From assembly GCA_963804595.1 (NCBI GenBank), contig CAWDQZ010000009.1:312248-376247 (forward strand): 64,000 nucleotides of DNA. The letters run 5' to 3'. The notes under the pieces were generated by a model, which ran no database searches, had not been told where the DNA came from, and worked only from the letters and a program-made list of their open reading frames with translations. This DNA comes from an uncultured Solirubrobacterales bacterium. Its GTDB lineage: Bacteria > Actinomycetota > Thermoleophilia > Solirubrobacterales > 70-9. A program made the position numbers and the translations under genes. This document shows, piece after piece, positions 8,883-17,994 of the stretch. Each line of letters begins with the position of its first letter. Within the stretch, counting starts at the first letter, position 1.

Positions 8883-10399
8883 GCGAGGGCACGGGCATCG
8901 TCTTCCTCGTGGGTGCCGGCCCGGGCGACCCGGGCCTGATGACGATCCGGTCCCTCGACCTGATCGTGGCCGCCGACGTGATCGTCCACGACCGCCTGAT
9001 TCCCGGCGACGCCCTCGTGGCGGCGCGGGCGGACGCCGAGATCCTCTACGTCGGCAAGGAGCCCGGCGAGGCGAGCGTGCCGCAGGAGGGGATCGAGGAG
9101 CTGCTGATCGAACGGGCGCGCGCCGGCAAGATCGTCGTCCGGCTGAAGGGCGGCGACCCGTTCGTCTTCGGGCGCGGCGGCGAGGAGGCCGAGGCGCTGG
9201 CCGATGCCGACATCCCCTTCGAGGTGGTTCCCGGGATCACCGCCGGCGTCGCGGCTCCTGCCTACGCCGGCATCCCGGTCACCCACCGGGACGACGCCTC
9301 CGCCGTCGCCTTCGTCACCGGCCACGAGGACCCCGAGAAGGCGGACTCGGCTCTCGACTACGAGGCACTGGCGCGGTTCCCGGGGACGCTCGTCCTCTAC
9401 ATGGGCGTCCGGGCACTGCCCCGGATCGCCGAGGCGCTGATCTCCGCGGGACGTGACCCGTCGGAGCCCGCCGCGGTGGTCGAGCGGGGCACGCTTCCCG
9501 GTCAGCGCACCGTGAGCTCGACGCTGGAGGGCATCGCGGGCGCCGCCGATGAGGCGAACATCGAGCCGCCGGCCGTCACCGTCGTCGGTCAGGTCGCGGC
9601 TCGCCGCGAGCGGATCGCCTGGCTCGAGCGCCGCCCGCTCCACGGCCAGCGCGTCGTCGTCACCCGCGCTCGAGCGCAGGCGAGCGAGCTTGCCCGTCAG
9701 CTGGACGCGCTCGGCGCGGAGCCGATCGAGCTGCCCGCGATCCGGATCGAGCCCCGGCTCGACTCGGACGAGGTCCGCCGCGCCGTCGAGAGCCTGCACG
9801 CCTACGCGCTCGTCTGCCTGACGAGCCCCAACGGAGTCAACCTGCTGTTCGAGGCGATGGCGGCGCAGGGACGTGACGCCCGCGCTCTGGCGAACGCGAG
9901 CGTCGCGGCGATCGGCGCCGGCACAGAGGCGGCGCTCGCGGCCCACGGCGTGCTCGCCGACATCGTCCCCGAGCGCTTCGTCGCGGAGGAGCTGGTCGAG
10001 GCGCTCGACCGGCTCGAGCTGCGGGACAAGCCGGTGCTGATCGCGCGCGCCGCCGAGGCGCGCGAGTTGCTGCCCGACGCGTTGCGGAGGAAGGGCGCGC
10101 AGGTCGACGTGGTCACCGTGTACGAGACCGTCGCCGAGGCACCGGAGCCCGAGGCGCTCGAGCGCGCCCGGGATGCCGACTTCATCACCTTCACCTCGTC
10201 CTCGACCGTCCGCAACTTCGTCCAGGCGGCGGGGGACGGCATTCCGGGGGGAGCTCGCATCGTCTCCATCGGCCCGGTGACCAGCCAGGCAATCCGCGAA
10301 GCCGGGCTCGCCGTAGACGTTGAAGCTGAACGGCACGACATCGAGGGCCTCGTAGGCGCTCTCCTCGACGCGGCGGCGAAGACAGCTGCCACCGATTGA
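8879..10399 (+). CDS. cobA-hemD: Fused uroporphyrinogen-III C-methyltransferase / uroporphyrinogen-III synthase
   Basis: ATG 8879 overlaps the hemC stop (ATGA). The N-terminal half carries GIVFLVGAGPGDPGLMT and VRLKGGDPFVFGRGGEE (TP-methylase). The C-terminal ~250 aa look HemD-like (RVVVTRA..). Confidence 0.85.
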   Translation: MSEGTGIVFLVGAGPGDPGLMTIRSLDLIVAADVIVHDRLIPGDALVAARADAEILYVGKEPGEASVPQEGIEELLIERARAGKIVVRLKGGDPFVFGRGGEEAEALADADIPFEVVPGITAGVAAPAYAGIPVTHRDDASAVAFVTGHEDPEKADSALDYEALARFPGTLVLYMGVRALPRIAEALISAGRDPSEPAAVVERGTLPGQRTVSSTLEGIAGAADEANIEPPAVTVVGQVAARRERIAWLERRPLHGQRVVVTRARAQASELARQLDALGAEPIELPAIRIEPRLDSDEVRRAVESLHAYALVCLTSPNGVNLLFEAMAAQGRDARALANASVAAIGAGTEAALAAHGVLADIVPERFVAEELVEALDRLELRDKPVLIARAAEARELLPDALRRKGAQVDVVTVYETVAEAPEPEALERARDADFITFTSSSTVRNFVQAAGDGIPGGARIVSIGPVTSQAIREAGLAVDVEAERHDIEGLVGALLDAAAKTAATD

Positions 10400-10428
10400 A
10401 CGTCCAACTCGACCAGGGGAGGAGACCA

Positions 10429-11271
10429 ATGAACGGTCGGAAGCCAATGATCAAGCCATTCATCGCGGCCGCGGTGGGCGTCACAGCTCTGCTCGCGACG
10501 ACGGGAACTGCGTTCGCGGGCACCGCGGACTATGCGAGCACAGCGACCTTCGGGATTCCAGGCGACACCGGGCAGGCAGGATTGCCATCACAGGTCTTCG
10601 TTCCGCCCGGGCGGACGTCGGTGCAATCGCTTCAGCTGACTGAGGTCGGGCCCAGCTATGGCGGAGGCGGGGGCGCGGACTTCTCAATGAGATTGAAAAG
10701 TCCCACCGGAACCGAGATAACGCTGATCAGCAATGGCTGCGCCACTTACCCCAACACCTCTGCGTTCACGATCAGTGATACGGCCACGAACCCCATCGAC
10801 GGCAACGGCGCCTTCTGCACAGCGCTCAACGGAGGGAATCCGACTACGGCAGGCAAGCCCACCGAGCCGCTTTCAGCCTTCAATGGGCAGCCGAGCGTTG
10901 GAACATGGACAGTGACGGTGGTCGATGCGCCACTTGGCCCGCCGCGGGGCAGTTGGAACGGGTGGAATCTGGAGATCAACCATGCAAATCCCACCCTGAA
11001 GGCCGATCCAGCGCCGTTCAAGATCAAGAAGAAGTTCGCGATCAGCGCGGTCTGCGACGCCAACTGCAGAGTGACCACAGGCGGTGCGGCCGGCGCGACC
11101 ACCACCCAGCTGACCGCCAACAGCCCGGGCACGATCATCGCTCCCGCGTCCAAGAAGGCGCAGAAGAAGGGCAAGGGAATGGTGACGCTGGCCGCCACCG
11201 ATGAGACCGGCGGCACGGCGACCACAACGGTCAACGCGAAGACGCTGAAGACCAAGAAGAAGGCGACATAG
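10429..11271 (+). CDS. Secreted protein with a proprotein-convertase P-domain and a Lys-rich C-terminal tail
   Basis: ATG 10429 is preceded by GGGGAGGAGACC. The signal peptide ends ..TGTAFAGTAD. The P-domain signature reads MRLKSPTGTEITLISNGC..FNGQPSVGTWTVTVVDAPLGPPRGSWNGWNLEI. No protease domain is present. Confidence 0.65.
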   Translation: MNGRKPMIKPFIAAAVGVTALLATTGTAFAGTADYASTATFGIPGDTGQAGLPSQVFVPPGRTSVQSLQLTEVGPSYGGGGGADFSMRLKSPTGTEITLISNGCATYPNTSAFTISDTATNPIDGNGAFCTALNGGNPTTAGKPTEPLSAFNGQPSVGTWTVTVVDAPLGPPRGSWNGWNLEINHANPTLKADPAPFKIKKKFAISAVCDANCRVTTGGAAGATTTQLTANSPGTIIAPASKKAQKKGKGMVTLAATDETGGTATTTVNAKTLKTKKKAT

Positions 11272-11280
11272 GATCCGGCC

Positions 11281-12096
11281 GTGGCGACGCCGCGGCCGAT
11301 CACCTTCCTCTCCGACTACGGGTACGAGGACGAGTTCGCGGGCGTCTGCCGGGCGGTGATCGCGCAGATCGCGCCGGGGGCGCCGCTGATCGACCTGAGC
11401 CACGGGATCGCCCGCCAGGACGTGAGTCAGGGGGCGATCGTGCTCGCCAACGCGCTGCCCCCCTGCCCCCCCGGGGTGCACCTGGCAGTGGTCGACCCGG
11501 GCGTGGGCTCGGCCCGGCGAGCGGTCGCGGTGGCCGCCGCCGAGGGGCGCATCCTCGTGGGACCCGACAACGGCCTGCTCACGCGTGCGCTCGATCGGCT
11601 GGGCGGCGCCCTCGACGCCGTCGAGCTGTCGCGCTCCCCCTTCCGCCTCGAACCGGTCTCAGCGACCTTCCACGGCCGTGACCTGTTCGCGCCGGTCGCG
11701 GCCCACCTCTCGCTCGGCGCGCGGCTGGACGAGGCCGGTGAGGCGATCGATCCCGGGTCACTGGTGACGCTCGACCTGACCACACCCGAGATCGGAGCGG
11801 ATGAGGTAGTCGCTCACGCGATCCACGTCGACGGCTACGGCAACGTGACCCTCGATCTCGACGCGTCGATGCTCTCCGACGGACCGTTGCGGCCGGGCGG
11901 GGCCATGGACGTGCGGGCGCCGGACGGCCGCTTCGAGGCGGTCTGGGCGCGGACCTTCACCGACTTCGACTCCGGCGCCGTGCTGCTCTTCGAGGATTCA
12001 TCGGGCGCGATGGCCCTCGCGGTGAGCGGCGGCAGCGCCGCGGGCCTGCTGAACCTCGAGGCCGGCGGCGAGGTGGCGCTGCGACCGCTGAGGTGA
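11281..12096 (+). CDS. SAM hydroxide adenosyltransferase family protein (DUF62, chlorinase/fluorinase-like SAM hydrolase)
   Basis: GTG start. The N-terminus ITFLSDYGYEDEFAGVCRAVI..LIDLSHGI and the ..SATFHGRDLFAPVAAHL motif are typical of the family. Confidence 0.8.
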   Translation: MATPRPITFLSDYGYEDEFAGVCRAVIAQIAPGAPLIDLSHGIARQDVSQGAIVLANALPPCPPGVHLAVVDPGVGSARRAVAVAAAEGRILVGPDNGLLTRALDRLGGALDAVELSRSPFRLEPVSATFHGRDLFAPVAAHLSLGARLDEAGEAIDPGSLVTLDLTTPEIGADEVVAHAIHVDGYGNVTLDLDASMLSDGPLRPGGAMDVRAPDGRFEAVWARTFTDFDSGAVLLFEDSSGAMALAVSGGSAAGLLNLEAGGEVALRPLR

Positions 12097-12863
12097 ACAA
12101 GGAGGCCGGATCAGGGGGCGCGACCGTGGGCTTCGGCAGCCCCCACCGCCATTTGCGTCGCACCGACTCGACCAACGAGCGCGCCAAGGACCTGGCCCTC
12201 GGCGGAGCGCCCGGTGGCCTGGTGATCACCGCCGACGAGCAGAGCGCCGGGCGCGGCCGCCGCGGGAACGAGTGGTTTGCCACCTCGGGTGCCAGCCTGC
12301 TCTACTCGGCCCTGCTGCGTCCCTTTGAGGCGGACGGCGCCGCCCTTCTGCCGCTCGCCGTGCCCCTGGCGATCTGCGAGGCCGCCGAGGAAGTCGCGCC
12401 GGTCCGCTGCCAGGTGAAGTGGCCGAACGACGTCTGGATCGACGAGCGCAAGGTCGCGGGCGTGCTCGTCGAGGCGCGCCCGGAGGAGGGCTGGGCCGTG
12501 ATCGGCGTTGGCGTGAACGTCGCGATCCCGCAGGAGCACTTCCCGCCGGAGCTTCGTGAGACGGCGACCTCGCTGCTCCCCACCGAGGCCGAGGACGGGG
12601 TGCCGCCGGGCGGCGCGCCGGGCGTCCGGCACGCGCTCGCGGCGCTGAACGAATCACTCGGCCGCTGGGTGTCTACCGGCGGCGACGAGGTGCTGGCCGC
12701 CTTCCGGGCTCGGGACGCGCTCTCCGGCAGGCGGATCTCATGGGAGGACGGCGAGGGCACGGCCGATGGGATCGACGAGCGCGGCCACCTGGTCGTGAAG
12801 AGGGCCGACGGTGAGACGGTCTCGCTCGGCGCCGGGGAGGTCCACCTCGCGCTCGGGCGCTAG
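12093..12863 (+). CDS. birA: Biotin--[acetyl-CoA-carboxylase] ligase
   Basis: GTGA overlap with the upstream gene. The motifs STNERAK.., ADEQSAGRGRRGNEW (GRGRxGR biotin loop) and KWPNDV are present. Confidence 0.85.
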   Translation: MNKEAGSGGATVGFGSPHRHLRRTDSTNERAKDLALGGAPGGLVITADEQSAGRGRRGNEWFATSGASLLYSALLRPFEADGAALLPLAVPLAICEAAEEVAPVRCQVKWPNDVWIDERKVAGVLVEARPEEGWAVIGVGVNVAIPQEHFPPELRETATSLLPTEAEDGVPPGGAPGVRHALAALNESLGRWVSTGGDEVLAAFRARDALSGRRISWEDGEGTADGIDERGHLVVKRADGETVSLGAGEVHLALGR

Positions 12864-12902
12864 CTCATCACGTCCCAGAAGGGCCCCTGCCGCGCCACCC
12901 GG

Positions 12903-15491
12903 CTAGGACTCTTCGGCGGCCTCGGAGGGTTCGGGCTCCTCGCCGTCTGTCTCCACCTCGTCCGGCTCGCGCTCGGGCGCGTCGCCGTTCTCGCCGCCGG
13001 CCTCGAGCTCCTCGACCTCGCCGTTGACCTCCGAGGCGACGCTCGTCTTCTCGGCGGCGCCACTGTCCTTGGACCCCTTGCGCTTGCGGCGCCTGCGACG
13101 GCCACCCGACTTCGGGAAGTTGCGCAGCAGCTCGCGGGCGACGGCGGAGGGCTTGCGGGCGGCACGCATCCGGGCCCCTCGCAGGACCTCCTCCCCTTCG
13201 GGCGTGTGCGCGATCCCGGCGGCCAGGAGCGCCGCGGCGAGGCGGCGGTCCTGGTTGCGCGAGGCGTGAACCAGGCGGCGGGCGTTGCGGCCGTGAGCCC
13301 GGCCGGACGAGTTGACGAGTAGGCCGAGCAGCCGCTTGGTCTCGGGCCAGCGCTGGACCGCGTACTCCTCGTGCAGATCGCGGGTGTAGTCGGCGAGCCG
13401 CCAGACCCAGGCCTGGGCCTGATCGCGACGCCCGATCCGGCGCTCGGCGAGCGCCTCGAGCATGACCTTGGTCCCGGCCCGCCGGTCGTCGCGCGACCAG
13501 GTGCCGATGGTGTCGACCGCGTCGTCGAAGGCATCCGCGTCGCGCATCGCGGCGATCTCGGTGAGCGCCTTGATGCGGAGCTGCTGGTTGCGGTTCCGCT
13601 GCACGCAGGTGAGCAGGAAGCGCCGGCGGAGCTCCTTGGTGGTGTCGTGCTGGAGCATCGCCTTGGCGCGGCGCCAGCCGGAGGGGTTGACACGGGCCCC
13701 GGCGAGCGCGGCCCAGACGTGCTGCTCGGAGTGGTTGAGGTTCTCGACGGCGATCCGCCAGAGCTCGCGCTCGAGCACCCGCACGCGACGGTTCGCGTCG
13801 TCGGACACGGGGACCACCCGCTTCTCCACGCGCACGCGGCGACCCCGGCCGCGGCGTACGGGACCGACGACGATCGCGCCGCCGCGGTAGACGTCGCGGT
13901 CGAGCAGGCTGTGGAGGGTGACGATCGTCTCGTCGTGCGTGGTGGCCGGGTGGACGAAGTCGATCACCAGACCGGCCTCCTTGCCCGGATTGCGTCGAGT
14001 CACGCGACCGACCCGCTGCTGGTAGACGCGTCGGGACGCGGTCGGGGCGAGGTGCATGCAGATCGTCGCGCGCGGGCTATTCCAGCCTTCGGCGAGCAGC
14101 ATCGCGTTGCAGAGCACATCCACTTCGCCTCTTTCGAACCCGGCCAGGATCTCGGCCAGCTCGCGCTTGGGAGTCTCGCCTGAGACGGCGCGGGCGTTGA
14201 TCCCGGCGTCCTGGAAGGCCTTCGCGACGTTGTTCGCGTGCTTGACGCCGGCGGTGTAGACGACGCCCGGGACCCGGCGGAAGCGCGAGCGGTAGAGGTC
14301 CGCGATGGCGACGTTGAACGGCGTCTGGTCGAGGAGCTTGGCCAATTCCTCCTGGTCGAAGTCCTGATCCACCTCGCCCTTGCGAAGCGGCACCTTGGCG
14401 ATCGTCCGCACGCCTGGACCCGGCGGGATACGCACGCAGCGCAGCGGCGCGATCACGCCGCGGCGCGCGGCCTGGGCGAGGTCGAAGCGGGAGGTCTGGG
14501 TCGGGAAGAGATCGGTGACATGCCGCGCGATCAGTGCACCGGTCGCGGTCATACCGATGAAGACCGGGCCGGGCCAGGCACGGATGCAGGCGCTGGTCTT
14601 CTCGCCGAGCGCGGTGTGGGCCTCGTCGCAGATCACGACGCAGTAGGCATCGGAGATCCGGCCGGCGTTGCGAACGAACCACTGGTAGGTCTCCACGGTG
14701 ACCGGGCCGTAGGGATGATCGGCGCCGTCGAGCAGGGCCGGCGAGAGACGGTCGGCGTAGCCGCGGTCCGAGATCTCACCGATGAACTGGTCGACCAGGT
14801 TGCGCCGGTGCGTGAGGATCAGGATGCCGCCCGTCCTGGAGGCCTCGATGAAGCCGACCGCGGCGACGGTCTTGCCGGAGCCGGTGGCGTGCTCGAACCA
14901 GAAGCGGCGGGCCGCGCCGGGGTCGTCGGGCGCCTCCTCGACCACCTCAGCGTCCTCGTCCTCGATCCAGTCCTCGGCCTCCTCCTCCTCGGTGGCCTCC
15001 TCTTCCTCTTCCTCCTCGCTCTCGAAGGCCTGTCCGTTCTCGGAGCCGTTCTTCGGCTCCTCGCTCTCCTCAGCCTCGACCGTCGCGGCGGGGGCGCCGC
15101 GGCCATTGCCGTTGCCCGTCCAGGGATGCCCGTTGAGGCGCTCCTGGACGTCGGCGATCAGCGCGGCGAGTGTGCCCGAGAGGGCATCGACCTGGTGCGC
15201 CGAGAGTTCAGCGCCGTCGGCGAGATGCGGGGTCTCCTCGGAGAGCAGGCGCTCCAGCCCGAGCAGGAGCGAGAAGTCGCGTCGCCACTCGATCGACGGG
15301 GCCTCGTGGCCCTCGTCGATCTCCGCCAGGGCAGCGTCGAGCGCCCGCCGCCGAGGTGTCCCCGGGGCGAGGTCCTTGGGTGTCTCGCCTTCCAGCAGGA
15401 AGGGCTCTCGAGCGAACTCGCGAGCACGTTCTATGTCGGCGCTCGTAGGCGCCTTCGCCGCTTTGGCGGCTGCCTTGGTCTCTTCAGCCAT
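12903..15491 (-). CDS. Superfamily-2 DEAD/DEAH-box helicase (Res/SSL2-like) with an acidic insertion and a long C-terminal extension
   Basis: Walker A HATGSGKTV, motif II VICDEAH and motif III GMTATG are present. The helicase-C region reads ..LCNAMLLAEGWNSP..QQRVGRVTRR. ATG 15491 is preferred over the ORF start at 15530. Confidence 0.8.
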   Translation of the reverse strand: MAEETKAAAKAAKAPTSADIERAREFAREPFLLEGETPKDLAPGTPRRRALDAALAEIDEGHEAPSIEWRRDFSLLLGLERLLSEETPHLADGAELSAHQVDALSGTLAALIADVQERLNGHPWTGNGNGRGAPAATVEAEESEEPKNGSENGQAFESEEEEEEEATEEEEAEDWIEDEDAEVVEEAPDDPGAARRFWFEHATGSGKTVAAVGFIEASRTGGILILTHRRNLVDQFIGEISDRGYADRLSPALLDGADHPYGPVTVETYQWFVRNAGRISDAYCVVICDEAHTALGEKTSACIRAWPGPVFIGMTATGALIARHVTDLFPTQTSRFDLAQAARRGVIAPLRCVRIPPGPGVRTIAKVPLRKGEVDQDFDQEELAKLLDQTPFNVAIADLYRSRFRRVPGVVYTAGVKHANNVAKAFQDAGINARAVSGETPKRELAEILAGFERGEVDVLCNAMLLAEGWNSPRATICMHLAPTASRRVYQQRVGRVTRRNPGKEAGLVIDFVHPATTHDETIVTLHSLLDRDVYRGGAIVVGPVRRGRGRRVRVEKRVVPVSDDANRRVRVLERELWRIAVENLNHSEQHVWAALAGARVNPSGWRRAKAMLQHDTTKELRRRFLLTCVQRNRNQQLRIKALTEIAAMRDADAFDDAVDTIGTWSRDDRRAGTKVMLEALAERRIGRRDQAQAWVWRLADYTRDLHEEYAVQRWPETKRLLGLLVNSSGRAHGRNARRLVHASRNQDRRLAAALLAAGIAHTPEGEEVLRGARMRAARKPSAVARELLRNFPKSGGRRRRRKRKGSKDSGAAEKTSVASEVNGEVEELEAGGENGDAPEREPDEVETDGEEPEPSEAAEES

Positions 15492-15641
15492 CTGAGGCTT
15501 CTCTGATCCGCCGCTCCCCGCCAATCGCAAAAATGGCGAGGCGCATGTGGCCTGATCACGGGGGACACCCGAATACGGCTCTCCGCTCCGGGCTCTCCCT
15601 GGGTCCAGGAACTTGATGGACCAATAGGAATTAAAGCACTC

Positions 15642-16270
15642 TTGATGGCTGACCCGTATTCCCTGGTTGTGAAAACCGATTCGCGCGCCTCATCCGGCGT
15701 CGGCTTCCTGCTTGCTCTGGTGCTCGTGATCGCGGTTGCGATCGCCGGCTGCGGAGGCTCGAACAGCGGCAATCCCGACTCCCGGATGACCCTAGATCAG
15801 GCGAAGGCGCCGATCTCGGGCGCGCCGCCGCAGCTCGCCGCGATCCGCGCCCAGGCGAACCAGCTCCTCGACGGCGGGACCGACGCGTTCGACGCGCGCC
15901 TCGACCGCAGCTCAGCGGCACGCCGATCGTGGTCAACAAGTGGGCCTCCTGGTGTGGGCCCTGCCGCTTCGAGTTCCCCTGGTTCCAGTCGCTCGCGGAG
16001 AAACGCGGCGGGCAGATCGCCTTCCTGGGCGTCAACTCGAATGACTCGAGCGGCTCGGCCGAGACGTTCCTGTCCGAGCTGCCGCTGCCGTATCCCTCCT
16101 ACAGCGACCCCGACCTGAAGATTGCCCAGGACCTGGGCGGGCCGCCCCAGGCGTTCCCCACCACGACCTACTACGACGGCTCCGGCAAGCAGGTCTTCAC
16201 GCACCCGGGCGTCTACGCAAACGAGGCGGATCTGGTCGCGGACGTGAACAAGTACGCCGCAGGCGGATAA
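15642..16270 (+). pseudogene. TlpA/ResA-family thiol-disulfide oxidoreductase lipoprotein, interrupted by an apparent 1-nt frameshift near 15906-15911
   Basis: Frame 0 (15642-~15910) encodes the lipoprotein signal ..LALVLVIAVAIAGCGG plus a linker. A different frame (open well upstream of GTG 15929, ending at 16270) encodes QLSGTPIVVNKWASWCGPCRFEFPW.., a thioredoxin fold with the WCGPC motif. The two halves join only with a frame change. Confidence 0.65.
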
Positions 16271-16277
16271 TGGGGCT

Positions 16278-16745
16278 ATGGAAGCCCTCGCCGTCATCCT
16301 GCTCGTGCTGGCGCTGCTGCTCTTCATCGCAGAAGCCCACGCGCCCACCACAGTCGCCGGACTGCTCGGCGTGGCGGCCCTGGTCGGGGCGGGGTTCGCC
16401 TGGCGCGACGCTGGCCACGACCTGCCGGTGGCCGCGATCATCGTCGGGGGTGTGATCCTCGCGGGCTTCGTGGTCTTCGCCTCGCGGAAGGCCATCGCCG
16501 CGAATCGGGACGAGCCGGTCCGCACCGGGTCGGAGGAGCTGGTCGGGGGGGTCGGTGAGGTGCGCGAGCCCCTCGATCCCGACGGTCAGATCTTCATTCA
16601 GGGCGCGCTGTGGAGAGCCCGAGCGGCCGGTCCGGAGCGGATCGGGCCAGGCAATAGAGTCCGGGTGAAGGCGGTGGATGGCCTGACCCTCGAGGTCGAG
16701 CCGGTACCCGACCGAGACCCGGCATCAGTCGAGAAAGGAGCCTGA
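16278..16745 (+). CDS. NfeD family membrane protein
   Basis: The N-terminal part has TM helices, and the C-terminal OB-fold reads GEVREPLDPDGQIFIQGALWRARA..VRVKAVDGLTLEVEP. It lies immediately upstream of an SPFH gene, the classic pairing. Confidence 0.8.
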   Translation: MEALAVILLVLALLLFIAEAHAPTTVAGLLGVAALVGAGFAWRDAGHDLPVAAIIVGGVILAGFVVFASRKAIAANRDEPVRTGSEELVGGVGEVREPLDPDGQIFIQGALWRARAAGPERIGPGNRVRVKAVDGLTLEVEPVPDRDPASVEKGA

Positions 16746-16748
16746 CCC

Positions 16749-17534
16749 ATGGCGGTACTGATCGGCGTCGTCGTCGTCATCGCGTTCTTCGTGCTGATCT
16801 TCCTCGGCTCCTCGGTTCGGGTCCTGAGGGAGTACGAGCGAGGCGTGATCTTCCGCCTCGGCCGGCTGATCGCCCAGAAGGGCCCCGGACTGATCCTGCT
16901 CGTCCCCATCATCGACCGCATGGTCAGGGTCGACCTGCGGACGGTGACGCTCAACATCCCGCCCCAGGAGGTGATCACGCGCGACAACGTCCCGGCCCGC
17001 GTCAACGCGGTGGCCTATTTCCGGGTGATCGACCCGAACAGCTCGATCGTCGAGGTCGAGAACTTCCTGCTCGCCACCTCGCAGATCGCGCAGACCACGT
17101 TGCGGTCGGTGCTCGGCAAGGCCGAGCTCGACCAGCTCCTCTCCGAACGCGAGAGGCTCAACGAGGACCTGCAGAAGATCATCGACGAGCAGACCGAGCC
17201 CTGGGGCGTGAAGGTCAGCACCGTCGAGATCAAGGACGTCGAGATCCCCGAGCAGATGCAGCGGGCGATGGCGCGCCAAGCCGAGGCCGAGCGAGAGCGT
17301 CGCGCGAAGATCATCAACTCCGAGGGCGAGTACCAGGCGGCCGAGAAGCTGGCGCAGGCGGCTGACATCATCTCCAAGAACCCGGCGACGCTTCAGCTCC
17401 GCTATCTGCAGACGCTGCTCGAGATGGGCGTCAACCAGAACACGACGATCGTCTTCCCGCTGCCGATCGAGTTCATCGACGCCTTCCAGCGGTTCACCAG
17501 GGACAAGCCGAGCGGCGACGCGGCCGGCTCGTGA
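16749..17534 (+). CDS. SPFH/band-7 (stomatin-like) protein
   Basis: [36 protein letters not shown].. followed by a coiled-coil [23 protein letters not shown]. Confidence 0.9.
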   Translation: MAVLIGVVVVIAFFVLIFLGSSVRVLREYERGVIFRLGRLIAQKGPGLILLVPIIDRMVRVDLRTVTLNIPPQEVITRDNVPARVNAVAYFRVIDPNSSIVEVENFLLATSQIAQTTLRSVLGKAELDQLLSERERLNEDLQKIIDEQTEPWGVKVSTVEIKDVEIPEQMQRAMARQAEAERERRAKIINSEGEYQAAEKLAQAADIISKNPATLQLRYLQTLLEMGVNQNTTIVFPLPIEFIDAFQRFTRDKPSGDAAGS

Positions 17535-17544
17535 TCCTCGCGGG

Positions 17545-17994
17545 TTGACCGCCGAGTGCCGCCTCACCGTCACGGTGCGCCAAGCCCGTGATGCGGGGGA
17601 GATCCAGGCTGCGATGGATCTCCGGGTCCGCGTCTTCGTCGATGAGCAGGGCGTCGACGCCGAGGAGGAGGTCGACGATCTCGACCGGGAGTCCCTGCAG
17701 ATCGTCGCTCTCGACGACACCGCCGTACTCGCCACCTGCAGGCTGCGGGAGCTCGGCGAAGGCGAGTGGAAGCTGGAGCGCATGGTGGTCGAGCGGCGGG
17801 TGCGCCGGTGTGGCGTCGGCGGCCGGCTGCTCGCCGGCGCGGAGCGGGAGGCGCGCGAGCGGGGCGCTAGGGAGATGGTCCTCAACGCGCAGCGGCGGGC
17901 GGAGGGCTTCTACGCCTCGAACGGGTACCTGGCGGAGGGAGACACCTTCATCGAGGCCGAGATCGAGCACGTGCGGATGCGGAAGGCGCTCTAG
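17545..17994 (+). CDS. GNAT family N-acetyltransferase
   Basis: TTG start. The acetyl-CoA motif reads RRCGVGGRLLAGAEREARERGA..GFYASNGY. Confidence 0.75.
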   Translation: MTAECRLTVTVRQARDAGEIQAAMDLRVRVFVDEQGVDAEEEVDDLDRESLQIVALDDTAVLATCRLRELGEGEWKLERMVVERRVRRCGVGGRLLAGAEREARERGAREMVLNAQRRAEGFYASNGYLAEGDTFIEAEIEHVRMRKAL

